From Candidatus Endomicrobiellum basalitermitum (GTDB lineage Bacteria > Elusimicrobiota > Endomicrobiia > Endomicrobiales > Endomicrobiaceae), in the NCBI GenBank assembly GCA_031282525.1, contig JAITDN010000001.1:37977-101976 (forward strand): a stretch of 64,000 bases of DNA. The letters are read 5' to 3'. Positions 51,478-61,449 of the stretch are shown piece after piece. How positions within the stretch are numbered: position 1 is the stretch's first letter; the number at the start of each line of letters is the position of its first letter. The notes beneath the pieces were generated by a model. It saw only the letters and a program-made list of their open reading frames with translations. It was not told where the DNA came from and made no database searches. The position numbers were made by a program, and so were the translations under genes.

Positions 51478-51506
51478 TTGACATCAAGCCGAATTTTTGT
51501 TAAAAT
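51478..51506 (+). promoter_or_regulatory. sigma70 promoter for psd-pssA-ndk
   Basis: TTGACA-N17-TAAAAT with extended -10 TG at 51498-51499. Confidence 0.7.
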
Positions 51507-51542
51507 CGTCTGGTAGATAGGAAGATAAATGGCAAAATTGTA

Positions 51543-52163
51543 ATGAAAATTTTAAAGGAAGGGCACTCATTTATTGGAACTCCGCTTATTGTTGGCTTAG
51601 TGTTAATTGGCGTTGGTGGAAATGAAATTTCAATTATAATAGGGATTTTATTTATTTTGGTTTCGTTATTTTGTATTTATTTTTTCAGAGATCCTAAAGT
51701 ACAGATAACAGATGGTGATAACTTAATACTTTCTCCGTGTAATGGAATGGTTTTAGAGGTAAGTGAGACTGAAAAAGATAAGATTGTGAGAGTATTTTTA
51801 TCTGTTTTAGATGTGCATTTACAACGTTCGCCAGTCGCGGGAAGAGTTGTAAGTGTTGAGTATAAGCCTGGAAAATTTTTAAAAGCTATGAAACCTCAGG
51901 CTCATATAGTCAACGAACAAAACATTATAATTATAGAAAATAAGAGCGGAAAGTATTTTGTAAAGCAAGTAGCAGGGATACTTGCGAGAAGATGTGTTTC
52001 ATGGGTAAAATCAGGCGATGTTTTAAAACGTGGAGATAAAATAGGTATGATAAAATTTAGTTCTCAGGTTGATTTACACATGCCTAAAACTGTTAACATT
52101 AGAGTAAAGCAAGGTGATAAAGTTGTAGCCGGTGTAACAATTTTTGCAACTCTAAATTATTAA
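51543..52163 (+). CDS. psd: phosphatidylserine decarboxylase proenzyme
   Basis: YFFRDP, VFLSVLDVHLQRSPV, QVAGILARR, GMIKFSSQVD; next to pssA. Confidence 0.9.
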   Translation: MKILKEGHSFIGTPLIVGLVLIGVGGNEISIIIGILFILVSLFCIYFFRDPKVQITDGDNLILSPCNGMVLEVSETEKDKIVRVFLSVLDVHLQRSPVAGRVVSVEYKPGKFLKAMKPQAHIVNEQNIIIIENKSGKYFVKQVAGILARRCVSWVKSGDVLKRGDKIGMIKFSSQVDLHMPKTVNIRVKQGDKVVAGVTIFATLNY

Positions 52164-52180
52164 AGACAAAGAGCGATGTT

Positions 52181-52963
52181 ATGGCTAAGAGATTAAAAAA
52201 AAGTGTAGCGAGTTTTTTTACATGTGGTAATGTAATATGTGGTTGTCTATCTATAATATCTGTGATGGGCGGGAATTCTTTAAAAGCATCATGGCTTCTT
52301 GTACTTGCGATAGCCTTCGATATGATGGATGGAAGAATAGCTAGGATAACAAATACGACAAGCGATTTTGGTGTTCAGTTAGATTCTTTAAGTGATTTAG
52401 TTTCATTTGGAGTTGCTCCTTCAATTATTATGTACCAACTTGTTTTAAATAATTCGAATAAAACTGGTATTGCAATAGCTGTGTTATTTGTTCTGTGTAG
52501 TGCTTTGCGACTTGCAAAGTTTAATGTTATGGCCCAAAGCGGTATTGTGCATAATTTTTTTGTGGGCTTACCGACGCCAGCTTCTGCAGGATTTCTAGTA
52601 TCTTTTGTATTGAGTTATGAATTGTCTATTGAGTCTTTGACATTTAAGACGTCCCCAATTTTAATGAAAAGTATACCCTTCTTACTAAATATGATGCCTG
52701 TCATAATGATAATTTTATCTTTGCTTATGATTTCAAATGTCCCATATGCTTCTTTTAAGAAATTAAAATTTTCTCACTATAAGATATTTAATTTTCTAGT
52801 TTTAATATTGCTTTTTATGGGTATATTTGTGCAAAATGTTATCAGTACTATCTTTGTATTATTTTTTATATATATTTTTTCTGGTATGTGTAATTATATG
52901 GTAAAATCGTGGAAGGATTTAAAAAAGATGTATCTAAAAAAAGTAGGGAACAATGGCAAATGA
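52181..52963 (+). CDS. pssA: CDP-diacylglycerol-serine O-phosphatidyltransferase
   Basis: DMMDGRIAR...FGVQLDSLSDLVSFGVAP, LRLAKFN, FVGLPTP. Confidence 0.92.
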   Translation: MAKRLKKSVASFFTCGNVICGCLSIISVMGGNSLKASWLLVLAIAFDMMDGRIARITNTTSDFGVQLDSLSDLVSFGVAPSIIMYQLVLNNSNKTGIAIAVLFVLCSALRLAKFNVMAQSGIVHNFFVGLPTPASAGFLVSFVLSYELSIESLTFKTSPILMKSIPFLLNMMPVIMIILSLLMISNVPYASFKKLKFSHYKIFNFLVLILLFMGIFVQNVISTIFVLFFIYIFSGMCNYMVKSWKDLKKMYLKKVGNNGK

Positions 52964-53468
52964 ACAGCTTTTAATTCTTATTAAGCCAGATGGAATTAGG
53001 AGATCTCTAACGGGGAATATTCTGGATAAACTTTCTCAATTAAGGATGACTATAATAGGTGCAAAAGTAGTTAAAGTGAGTAGAGAGTTGGCGGAAATGC
53101 ATTATTATCAACTGAAGGGTAGACCGTTTTTTGATGAACTTTTAGACTATATTCAAGGTAAAATATATGGGGAATCTTGGAATAAAATACTAGCATTTGT
53201 GTATCAAGGTGAAGATGCCATTTCTAAAACTAGAAAAGTTACGGGAGTAACAAATCCAGAAGAAGCAGATCCTATATCTATTAGGGGTGCATATGGTAGA
53301 ATAACTACTAAAGGCGTATATGAAAATGTCATACATTGTTCTTCCGATTCGCTGGAAGCTGAAAGAGAAATCAAGCTGTGGTTTAAACCTCAAGAAATAG
53401 TAAAAGATATATATGCTATAAAGAGAATTATAGTTGATAAGGAAGAAAAAGTAGTTTGGGATTTATAA
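52953..53468 (+). CDS. ndk: nucleoside diphosphate kinase
   Basis: LIKPDG, TNPEEADPISIRG, ENVIHCS. Confidence 0.92.
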   Translation: MANEQLLILIKPDGIRRSLTGNILDKLSQLRMTIIGAKVVKVSRELAEMHYYQLKGRPFFDELLDYIQGKIYGESWNKILAFVYQGEDAISKTRKVTGVTNPEEADPISIRGAYGRITTKGVYENVIHCSSDSLEAEREIKLWFKPQEIVKDIYAIKRIIVDKEEKVVWDL

Positions 53469-53520
53469 AAAAAGATATTTTTTTAACTAAAATAATAAAA
53501 TTTGTGAGTGTATAAGAAAA

Positions 53521-55290
53521 ATGGCAACATCATTAGACTTATTTGTACAAGAGATGCGAGAACTTCTTACCCCTGATAATGTTTATATTATGGATGGTTC
53601 GCAAGAGGAAGCTGAAAGACTGGTAGGTATTGCTCAAAAATCAGAGGTAGATGGAAGGCTTGTTTTAAAGGAATTAAACGGTTATGAATATCCAAATTCA
53701 TATTATCATCGTTCAAACCCTAATGATGTTGCGCGTACTGAGCATTTGACTTTTGTATGCACTACTTTAAAAGAACAAGCTGGCCCAAATAATAATTGGA
53801 TGGATCCTAAGGAAGCAAAAAAAAGAATGATAAAGTTTTTTAAAGGTGTTATGAAAGCTAGAACAATGTATGTCATTCCTTTTGTTATGGGAACTCCTAA
53901 ATCAAAGTATGCAAAAGACTGCGTTCAAGTAACAGATTCTGTTTACGTTGCCTTAAGTATGAGAATTATGTCAAGAATAGGTAAACAAGCTATTGAAAGA
54001 ATAGGTAATTCATCTGACTTTTTTAGAGGAATTCATTCTGTAGGTGATATAAATCCTGATAAAAGATTTATTATGCATTTTCCTCAGGAAAACCTTGTTA
54101 TGAGTTTTGGATCAGGATATGGTGGTAATGCTTTACTTGGAAAGAAATGCTACTCTCTAAGGATTGCTTCTTATTTAGGCTATCAAGAAGGTTGGCTTGC
54201 TGAGCATATGATTATTATGGGTGTACAGTCTCCTGAAGGAAAAATAACGTATTTTCTTGGAGCTTTTCCATCTGCATGTGGGAAAACTAATCTTGCTTTA
54301 TTAGAGCCTGTGCTTAAGGGTTATAAAATTTGGACATTGGGAGATGACATAGCGTGGATTAATATTGGAGAAGATGGGCAACTTTATGCAATTAACCCTG
54401 AATCTGGTTTTTTCGGTGTGGCACCTGGAACAGGACTAAATACAAATCCTGTCATGATGAGAACGCTTAAAAATGATAAGTTTTATCCAACGTTATTTAC
54501 AAATACAGCTATTGATAATTCTAATAGTACTCCGTGGTGGGAAGGAGTTTCAAACGATATTCCCTCAGATTTAAGTGATTGGCAAGGACAAAAGTATGAT
54601 AAGGATTCTGATAAGCCTGCGGCCCATCCAAATTCTAGATTTACAGTTTCAATTTACAACTGCCCTACACTTTCATCAGAATATGATAATCCTAAAGGTG
54701 TTCCTATTTCGGGAATAATTTTTGGTGGACGTAGAAAGGACACAATTCCACTTGTCTATGAAACTAAAGATTGGAACAGTGGAGTATTCACTGCTTCCAT
54801 AATAGGCTCTGAAACAACTGCAGCTGCAAGTGAACAGTTGGGAAATGTAAGGCGTGATCCTATGGCTATGCTTCCTTTTTGTGGATATAATATGGGAGAT
54901 TATTTTCAACATTGGTTGAATATTGGTAAAAAAGCAAAAAAACTTCCTAAAATATTTATGGTAAACTGGTTTAGAAAAGATGAAGATGGTAAGTTTATGT
55001 GGCCTGGCTTCAGAGATAATTCTAGGATTATAAAATGGATGTTGGATAGAATTGAAGGAAGGACTGGTGCCAAAGAATGTGAAATAGGTTTGTTTCCTCA
55101 AGAGAATTCTATAGATTTAAGTGGTTTGGACATTAAAAAGGAAACCATGGAGAAATTATTGAAAATTGATAGGAAAGATTGGAAAAAAGAAATATCAATG
55201 ATAGAAGATTTCTACGCAAAGTTTGGGAATAAGATTCCTATGGATTTAAGAAATCATCTATCTAACCTTAAGAAGAAATTTGGAGTATAA
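53521..55290 (+). CDS. pckG: phosphoenolpyruvate carboxykinase (GTP)
   Basis: GSGYGGNALLGKKC, WLAEHM, FPSACGKTNLA, GDDIAW, RRDPMAMLPFCGYN. Confidence 0.96.
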   Translation: MATSLDLFVQEMRELLTPDNVYIMDGSQEEAERLVGIAQKSEVDGRLVLKELNGYEYPNSYYHRSNPNDVARTEHLTFVCTTLKEQAGPNNNWMDPKEAKKRMIKFFKGVMKARTMYVIPFVMGTPKSKYAKDCVQVTDSVYVALSMRIMSRIGKQAIERIGNSSDFFRGIHSVGDINPDKRFIMHFPQENLVMSFGSGYGGNALLGKKCYSLRIASYLGYQEGWLAEHMIIMGVQSPEGKITYFLGAFPSACGKTNLALLEPVLKGYKIWTLGDDIAWINIGEDGQLYAINPESGFFGVAPGTGLNTNPVMMRTLKNDKFYPTLFTNTAIDNSNSTPWWEGVSNDIPSDLSDWQGQKYDKDSDKPAAHPNSRFTVSIYNCPTLSSEYDNPKGVPISGIIFGGRRKDTIPLVYETKDWNSGVFTASIIGSETTAAASEQLGNVRRDPMAMLPFCGYNMGDYFQHWLNIGKKAKKLPKIFMVNWFRKDEDGKFMWPGFRDNSRIIKWMLDRIEGRTGAKECEIGLFPQENSIDLSGLDIKKETMEKLLKIDRKDWKKEISMIEDFYAKFGNKIPMDLRNHLSNLKKKFGV

Positions 55291-55361
55291 AAATATGTAA
55301 TGCATTTTTAATTTATAATTTTACACGTACACGGTATATGTGTAATTGCATAGTTATGAAT

Positions 55362-55408
55362 AAATAGAGGCTGAAGAGAACTTCCTGTGTAAGTCTCTAT
55401 TTGTTTTT
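55362..55408 (+). terminator. possible terminator-like hairpin after pckG
   Basis: AAATAGAGGCT...AGTCTCTATTT inverted repeat (one G-U) followed by GTTTTT. Confidence 0.4.
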
Positions 55409-55664
55409 GGTATTTGAAAGAATGATAGGGTAAAAATGATACTAGATCTTGCAATAGAAAATGATATACTTTGAAAATATTTTAAGAGTTAATTTTATAA
55501 ATAATTGAAAATAAAAATATATTTTGGGTTATTGTATTTATTTGATTGTGTATTTGTATATATTATTTATATAAATATAGAAAATCTTATCTAGAATGAG
55601 TTTTTGTATTTATCAACATAACAATAAGCATAACTTCTTGATCTAATGTAAGGAAGAGGATTTT

Positions 55665-57419
55665 ATGAAGAGAAGTATTTATTGTGGTAACGTAAGAGAA
55701 AGTAGTGTAGGGAAAGAAGTTGCTGTATGTGGATGGGTTCATTCACGTAGAGATCATGGCGGTGTGATTTTTATTGATTTAAGGGATCGAGAAGGAATTT
55801 TGCAAATTGTTTTCCAACCTGAAAATAAAGAAGTATTTAAATTAGCTCAGGACCTGCGAAATGAATATGTAGTTTTTATTAAAGGTCTAATTAGATATAG
55901 ACCTGATGGTACAATAAATCCTAATATATTTACTGGGAAGGTAGAGCTTTTGGTTAATAGCCTTAAAGTGTTAAATACTTCACCGTGCCTTCCTTTTGAA
56001 ATTTCGAATTATAATGGTGCTACTGAAGAGCTGAGATTGAAGTATAGATATCTTGACTTGCGTCGTCCAAGTTTTCAGAAGAATTTTATAATGCGTCATA
56101 GAATTTCAAGGGAAATAAGAAATTTTTTAAATGAAGAAGGATTTTTAGAAATTGAAACCCCGTTTTTAACAAAATCTACTCCCGAAGGTGCTAGAGATTT
56201 TTTGGTGCCATCAAGACTTCAACGTGGGGATTTTTTTGCTTTACCTCAATCTCCGCAACTTTTTAAACAGATTTTAATGGTTGCCGGTTTTGATAAATAT
56301 TATCAAATTGCTAAATGTTTTAGGGATGAGAATTTACGATCAGATAGACAATTTGAATTTACGCAGGTTGATATTGAAATGTCGTTTGCAGATGAAGAAG
56401 ATATAATGAATATTGTTGAGAGAATGCTTGTAAGAGTTTTTAAAGTTCTATTAAATTTTGAAGTAAAAATACCATTTGAAAGGATATCTTATGCCGATGC
56501 GATATTAAGATATGGTTCTGATAAACCTGATACTAGGTTTAAAGTGGAGATAAAGGATTTTACAGAAGAATTTAAGGATGTTAAGTTTGGCGTGTTTTCA
56601 TCGGCTATATTGAATGGGAAGATTGTAAGAGGTTTATGTATTCCGAGAGGAATAAATTATTCTAGGGTTGAAATTGATAGACTTACAAAATTTGTTGGTG
56701 ACTACGGAGCTAAAGGCTTAGCGTGGATGAAAATTACCGGTACTGGTGCAGAGTCAAATATAGTAAAATATTTTAAAGAAGATGAAATAAAAATGATTGT
56801 TTCTAAGTTTAACGCCAAACCAGGCGATTTGGTAGTTTTTCTTGCTGATGATGAAAAAGTGGTTGTTCAAGGACTGGGAGCATTGAGGCTTAAAGTGGGA
56901 AAAAAATGCGGTCTTATAGATAAAAATAAATTTAATTTTCTATGGGTTGTTGATTTTCCTCTTATGGAATGGAATGAAGAAGAACATAGGTGGCAATCAT
57001 TACATCATCCTTTTACAGCTCCTAAATGTTCACAAAATTCTCTTACAAAAGAAAATGTAAATGAGGCAAAAGCGAGAGCTTATGATATTGTTTTAAATGG
57101 CGTTGAACTTGGTGGTGGATCAATAAGGATACACAAAAGTGACGTTCAGAAAAATATTTTTGATGTTTTAAATATTACGGAGGAGTTCGCAAAAGAAAAA
57201 TTTAATTTCTTACTTGAAGCTCTGAGCTATGGAGCGCCTCCGCATGGAGGCGTAGCACTTGGTTTCGATAGATTGTGTGCTTTGATTTTAAGAGAAGAAT
57301 CAATAAGAGAAGTCATAGCTTTCCCTAAAACGCAGAAGGGAATGGATATTCTTTTAGATGCTCCAAGTCAAGTAAGTGATAAGCAATTAAAAGAGTTAGG
57401 TTTACAAGTAATTCTATGA
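55665..57419 (+). CDS. aspS: aspartyl-tRNA synthetase
   Basis: RRDHGGVIFIDLRD, STPEGARDFLVPSR, LPQSPQLFKQ, GGGSIRIH, GAPPHGG. The RDHG and DGTINP motifs suggest the non-discriminating type. Confidence 0.97.
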   Translation: MKRSIYCGNVRESSVGKEVAVCGWVHSRRDHGGVIFIDLRDREGILQIVFQPENKEVFKLAQDLRNEYVVFIKGLIRYRPDGTINPNIFTGKVELLVNSLKVLNTSPCLPFEISNYNGATEELRLKYRYLDLRRPSFQKNFIMRHRISREIRNFLNEEGFLEIETPFLTKSTPEGARDFLVPSRLQRGDFFALPQSPQLFKQILMVAGFDKYYQIAKCFRDENLRSDRQFEFTQVDIEMSFADEEDIMNIVERMLVRVFKVLLNFEVKIPFERISYADAILRYGSDKPDTRFKVEIKDFTEEFKDVKFGVFSSAILNGKIVRGLCIPRGINYSRVEIDRLTKFVGDYGAKGLAWMKITGTGAESNIVKYFKEDEIKMIVSKFNAKPGDLVVFLADDEKVVVQGLGALRLKVGKKCGLIDKNKFNFLWVVDFPLMEWNEEEHRWQSLHHPFTAPKCSQNSLTKENVNEAKARAYDIVLNGVELGGGSIRIHKSDVQKNIFDVLNITEEFAKEKFNFLLEALSYGAPPHGGVALGFDRLCALILREESIREVIAFPKTQKGMDILLDAPSQVSDKQLKELGLQVIL

Positions 57420-57569
57420 TAAAACATTGGTTTTTTTAGATTCATAAGTTATTGCGTAATAATACAATTAGTTTACTCTTAATTTGTTTATTTATAAAAA
57501 TTGTAAACTTTTACTATTTATGATTATTCTAAGAATCTAGTTATATGTTGCTGATGACAGAGTATAAAA

Positions 57570-59023
57570 ATGAACAATCTATTAGGAAAGATGAGGTTCT
57601 GGATAAGAGGTATTCTTTTAAAATTTGCAAGAAAACTTAGGGTAGAATATCGTAAAGGTCCTGTTATACGGTATCCCAAAAGTTTATTTTCAAAAGAAAT
57701 TAAAATACCTATTATGTTTCGTTAACCTTCACTATAATAGTAATATTTTGCATGTTTGTCATAGGACTTGGCGTAAGTTACAAAACTATAATTGCAACTG
57801 TTATTATTACAATTAGTATGGTTCTTTTTATTGTTCAGACTAAAAGCATAGAAAAAGCAATATTAGGAGACAGTGATGCTGTTGTTTTGATGTGTCTACT
57901 TTTTATTATTTCAATGTTTGTTTTTCAAGTCTCAAAGGAATACATATCTTCTTTCGTCTCCCCAGTGTCAGCTTTCGCTCTTATGTCAGCAATGCTTTTG
58001 TCGCCAAAGATTGGAATGATGTATGCGGTTTTTTTAAGCTTATTTGTAGCGTTTTTAAATGATATGTGAGATTTGATATTTTTCTTGTGATGCCTTGCAG
58101 CAGTGTTTTTTTACCATGACAAATGCGCAAAATATACGGGGAAGAGCTGACTTTAAAACCGCTGTTGCAAGTATAGCTATGATGGCGATCTTTTATTTTT
58201 TTAATAAGTATGATATCTCTCAGTTTAAATATAACTTTTTTTATGCTACACTGAATAGTGTATTTGTGACTATTCTCTTGCTTGTTTTTGTACCTCTATT
58301 TGAGAAATTATTTTCTAGAACGACGAATATTAAATTAATTGAACTTTCTGATTTTAATAATTCTTTACTTAAAAGACTTATGCTTGAAGCCCCAGGTACA
58401 TATCATCATTCGATTATAACTGCTGATATTGCTGAGCAAATTGCTAGTGTCATAAATGCAAATTCACTTCTTGCTAGAGTTGGTGCTTATTATCACGACA
58501 TAGGCAAACTCAAGAATCCCCAATATTTCATAGAAAATCAGATTTCTAATTATAATCCTCATGACAAACTGTCTCCACCAATGTCAAGTTTGATTTTAAT
58601 CTCGCATGTTAAAGACGGTATTACTTTGTCTAGAGAGTATAATATTGACAATGAGATTGTCAATATTATTGAACAACACCACGGAACGACGTCAATACAT
58701 GCTTTTTAATCATAGGGCTTTAGAGGAAAGTCCTGAGATAGATATAGAAAATTTCAGATATCCGGGTCAAAAGCCAACTACTTATAGTATCTGCAATAGT
58801 CATGATAGCTGATTTTTGTGAAGCTGCATGTCGTAGTATTGAGGAACCAACTGCATTAAGAATAAGAAATGTTGTTGAAAGGATAATAAATAATAAATTT
58901 ATTGACGGTCAATTTTCAGATTGTCCTGTAACTTTGAGAGATTTAAAAGTGATAAGAGACAGTGTAATTTCAACTCTTATAGGTATTTACCATGCAAGGA
59001 TTGAATATAAAGATAGAAAATAA
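57570..59023 (+). pseudogene. pgpH: membrane-bound HD(IG) phosphohydrolase (PgpH/YqfF-like) pseudogene
   Basis: TM fragments, then EAPGTYHHS, GAYYHDIGK, FIENQ, IEQHHGT, FRYPGQKP, MIADFCEAA spread over several frames. Breaks near 57718, 58067, 58106, 58707 and 58785. Upstream of ybeY. Confidence 0.85.
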
Positions 59024-59432
59024 GAGTGTGAATTTTATTAATTTTCCAAAACAATGTGTGTCAATTCTTAAAAAGGCCGCTTTGATTACTTTAAAATCGG
59101 AAAAAATAAAAAAATATCAAATAAACTTTATAATTGTGAGTAATGAAGAAATAAGAAATCTCAATATAAAATATAGAAAAATCAGATGTGTAACTGATGT
59201 TATATCTTTTTTGTTAGTTCCAGAATTTTTTGTGGGTGATGTTTACATTTCTAAAAAACGCTCTCAACAACAAGCGAAAAAATATGGTAATACATGGCAA
59301 CAAGAACTTGCATATTTAATAATTCACGGTGTGCTTCATCTTTGTGGATATACGGATTATGATGTTGTAAACAGGATTGAAATGTTTGATAGGCAGGATA
59401 AGATATTTAAATTTTTGTTTTATAATACTTGA
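58992..59432 (+). CDS. ybeY: endoribonuclease YbeY
   Basis: LNIKYR...TDVISF, GDVYIS, IHGVLHLCGYTD; start may be GTG 59028. Confidence 0.9.
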   Translation: MQGLNIKIENKSVNFINFPKQCVSILKKAALITLKSEKIKKYQINFIIVSNEEIRNLNIKYRKIRCVTDVISFLLVPEFFVGDVYISKKRSQQQAKKYGNTWQQELAYLIIHGVLHLCGYTDYDVVNRIEMFDRQDKIFKFLFYNT

Positions 59433-59490
59433 GGTAAGTTTTCTTATTTTTCAGTTTGTGAGATGGCTAGAAGCTACAAGGATTGAATAA

Positions 59491-60156
59491 ATGCACTATA
59501 TTATAAAGGGACTAGTTCTAAATACAAAAATACATGGTGAATATGATAAGCTTATAACTTTATATTCTTATGAATTGGGGAAAGTTCAAGCTATTGTTCC
59601 TAGTGCAAAAAAAATTGCAGCGAGGCTTTCATCGGCGACTGAGCTTTTGACTGAAAGTGAGTTCTTGGTTTTTAGCACTCATCTTGCCATGAGAGTTAAA
59701 ATTACCGGTGCAAGTATAATCAAAAATAATACAAGAATAAAGATAGATTTAAACAAAAATATATATGCTTTATATGCTGCAGAAATAAGTGACAAATTTA
59801 CTCCTTTCAATCTTGAAAACTCTAGAAAATATAATTTAATAGTAAGAATCTGGGAGATACTTAAAACCTGTAAATACCCTAAACGTGCTCTTATTGCTTT
59901 TATTTTACGTTTTTTAAAACTTTCTGGTTACGCTTTTTCAGATTATTTGAAACGTGCAAACACTTTTGTCAGTCAAGATATTGAGAATGCTATAAAAAAA
60001 CTTTCAAATTGTTCTGGTAACGATATTGATTCTATGGATGAATTAGAAGATGAGAAAATATGGAATTGTGTTGAGTTTTACATTACAAATTATATATCTC
60101 GCCCTTCGTTGAGTATTTTTTTGAAAAAGGTTGAGAAATATAAATTCCGAAATTGA
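59491..60156 (+). CDS. recO: DNA repair protein RecO
   Basis: GLVLNTKIHGEYDKLITLYSYELGKVQA N-terminal OB fold, FLKLSGY; ybeY-recO context. Confidence 0.85.
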   Translation: MHYIIKGLVLNTKIHGEYDKLITLYSYELGKVQAIVPSAKKIAARLSSATELLTESEFLVFSTHLAMRVKITGASIIKNNTRIKIDLNKNIYALYAAEISDKFTPFNLENSRKYNLIVRIWEILKTCKYPKRALIAFILRFLKLSGYAFSDYLKRANTFVSQDIENAIKKLSNCSGNDIDSMDELEDEKIWNCVEFYITNYISRPSLSIFLKKVEKYKFRN

Positions 60157-60301
60157 AAAATATATTTATATAAGATTCATGGATTAGGGTAAAATTGTAT
60201 GAAATTAAAGTATTTAATGTTTTTACAAAAGAAATAACATCAATAAAGTCTAAAATTATCCTTTACTGTTTTAATAAATGACCGTGTGTTAGTAGCGTAT
60301 A

Positions 60302-61390
60302 TTAATAGTTTAAGTCGTTGTTTTTTATTATTCCACCGCCTAAGACAATGCTACCTTTATAAAATACTGCACTTTGTCCTGCAGTAATGGATATTTGAGG
60401 TTCAGAAAATTTAATTTCTACGGAAAACGTTCCCTTTGGAGTGATAATTGCTTTTGCTGGTTTGTGCTGTTGACGTATTTTTACGGTTGCCTCAATAGGA
60501 CCTTTGGGATTTGGGATTGAACACCATGATATTTTTTCAGCTTTAAGCGATGATGAGTATAAGTCTTCTTTTAAACCTACTACTACAGAATTTTGTTTAT
60601 ATGAAATTTTTATAACGTACAAAGGATTATTCGTTCCACCCAGAAGTCCAAGACCTTTGCGTTTTCCTATTGTATAATTCCATATTCCATTGTGTTTGCC
60701 GAGAATTTTCCCTTCTTTATCTATAATATTCCCTTGATTTACTGGAAATCTTAAGATGTCGTTGTAGTTTCCACAATAAAAATCTTGACTTTCAGGTTTA
60801 TCAGCTACTGGAATTCTTATTTTTTTTGCAATGCTTCTTACTTGATTTTTTGTATATTTACCAATTGGGAAAAAGACTTTTGAAAGTGTTTTTTGCGTAA
60901 ATCTGTATAGAAAATAACTTTGATCTTTATTTGGATCAGTACCACTATGTAGCTGATACATATTATGATGTTTGTCAAAAGTTATGTTTGCGTAATGTCC
61001 TGTGGCAAATTTTTCAAAAATGATCCCAGCTTTTCTTGCTGCAGCGGGAAGTAGTCCAAATTTGATATGAGTATTGCATAAAATGCAGGGATTTGGTGTA
61101 CGTCCCTCTTTGTACTCCTTTCTAAAATTTTCAATAACACATTTCTTATATTCTTCGCGGCAATCTATTATATGTAAAGGAATTTTGATAAAATCAACTA
61201 TTTTGTGTACTGCTTCAATATCTCTATCTTCAGGACCAAAGCAAGTGTCATAATTTTTAATTTCTGTTGTTTTAATAGATTTATCCCATATAGACATCAT
61301 TATACCAGTTACTTCGTGGCCTTGTTTTTTTAACAAATAAGCTGCGATTGCAGAATCGACTCCTCCGCTTAATCCAATTAGTATCTTCAT
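60302..61390 (-). CDS. mnmA: tRNA-specific 2-thiouridylase
   Basis: GLSGGVDS, GRTPNPCILCN, ATGHYA, KDQSYFL, ESQDF, TAGQSAVFY. Confidence 0.96.
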   Translation of the reverse strand: MKILIGLSGGVDSAIAAYLLKKQGHEVTGIMMSIWDKSIKTTEIKNYDTCFGPEDRDIEAVHKIVDFIKIPLHIIDCREEYKKCVIENFRKEYKEGRTPNPCILCNTHIKFGLLPAAARKAGIIFEKFATGHYANITFDKHHNMYQLHSGTDPNKDQSYFLYRFTQKTLSKVFFPIGKYTKNQVRSIAKKIRIPVADKPESQDFYCGNYNDILRFPVNQGNIIDKEGKILGKHNGIWNYTIGKRKGLGLLGGTNNPLYVIKISYKQNSVVVGLKEDLYSSSLKAEKISWCSIPNPKGPIEATVKIRQQHKPAKAIITPKGTFSVEIKFSEPQISITAGQSAVFYKGSIVLGGGIIKNNDLNY

Positions 61391-61449
61391 TTTAAACCTC
61401 TTTTTTGTTTCTTATTAGGAATCCTTTTCTGGTTGATATAGATCTGTTA

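Noticed and set aside
55371-55420. CTGAAGA resembling a hammerhead ribozyme core
   Set aside because: No GAAA directly after the candidate stem II and no consistent stems I and III.
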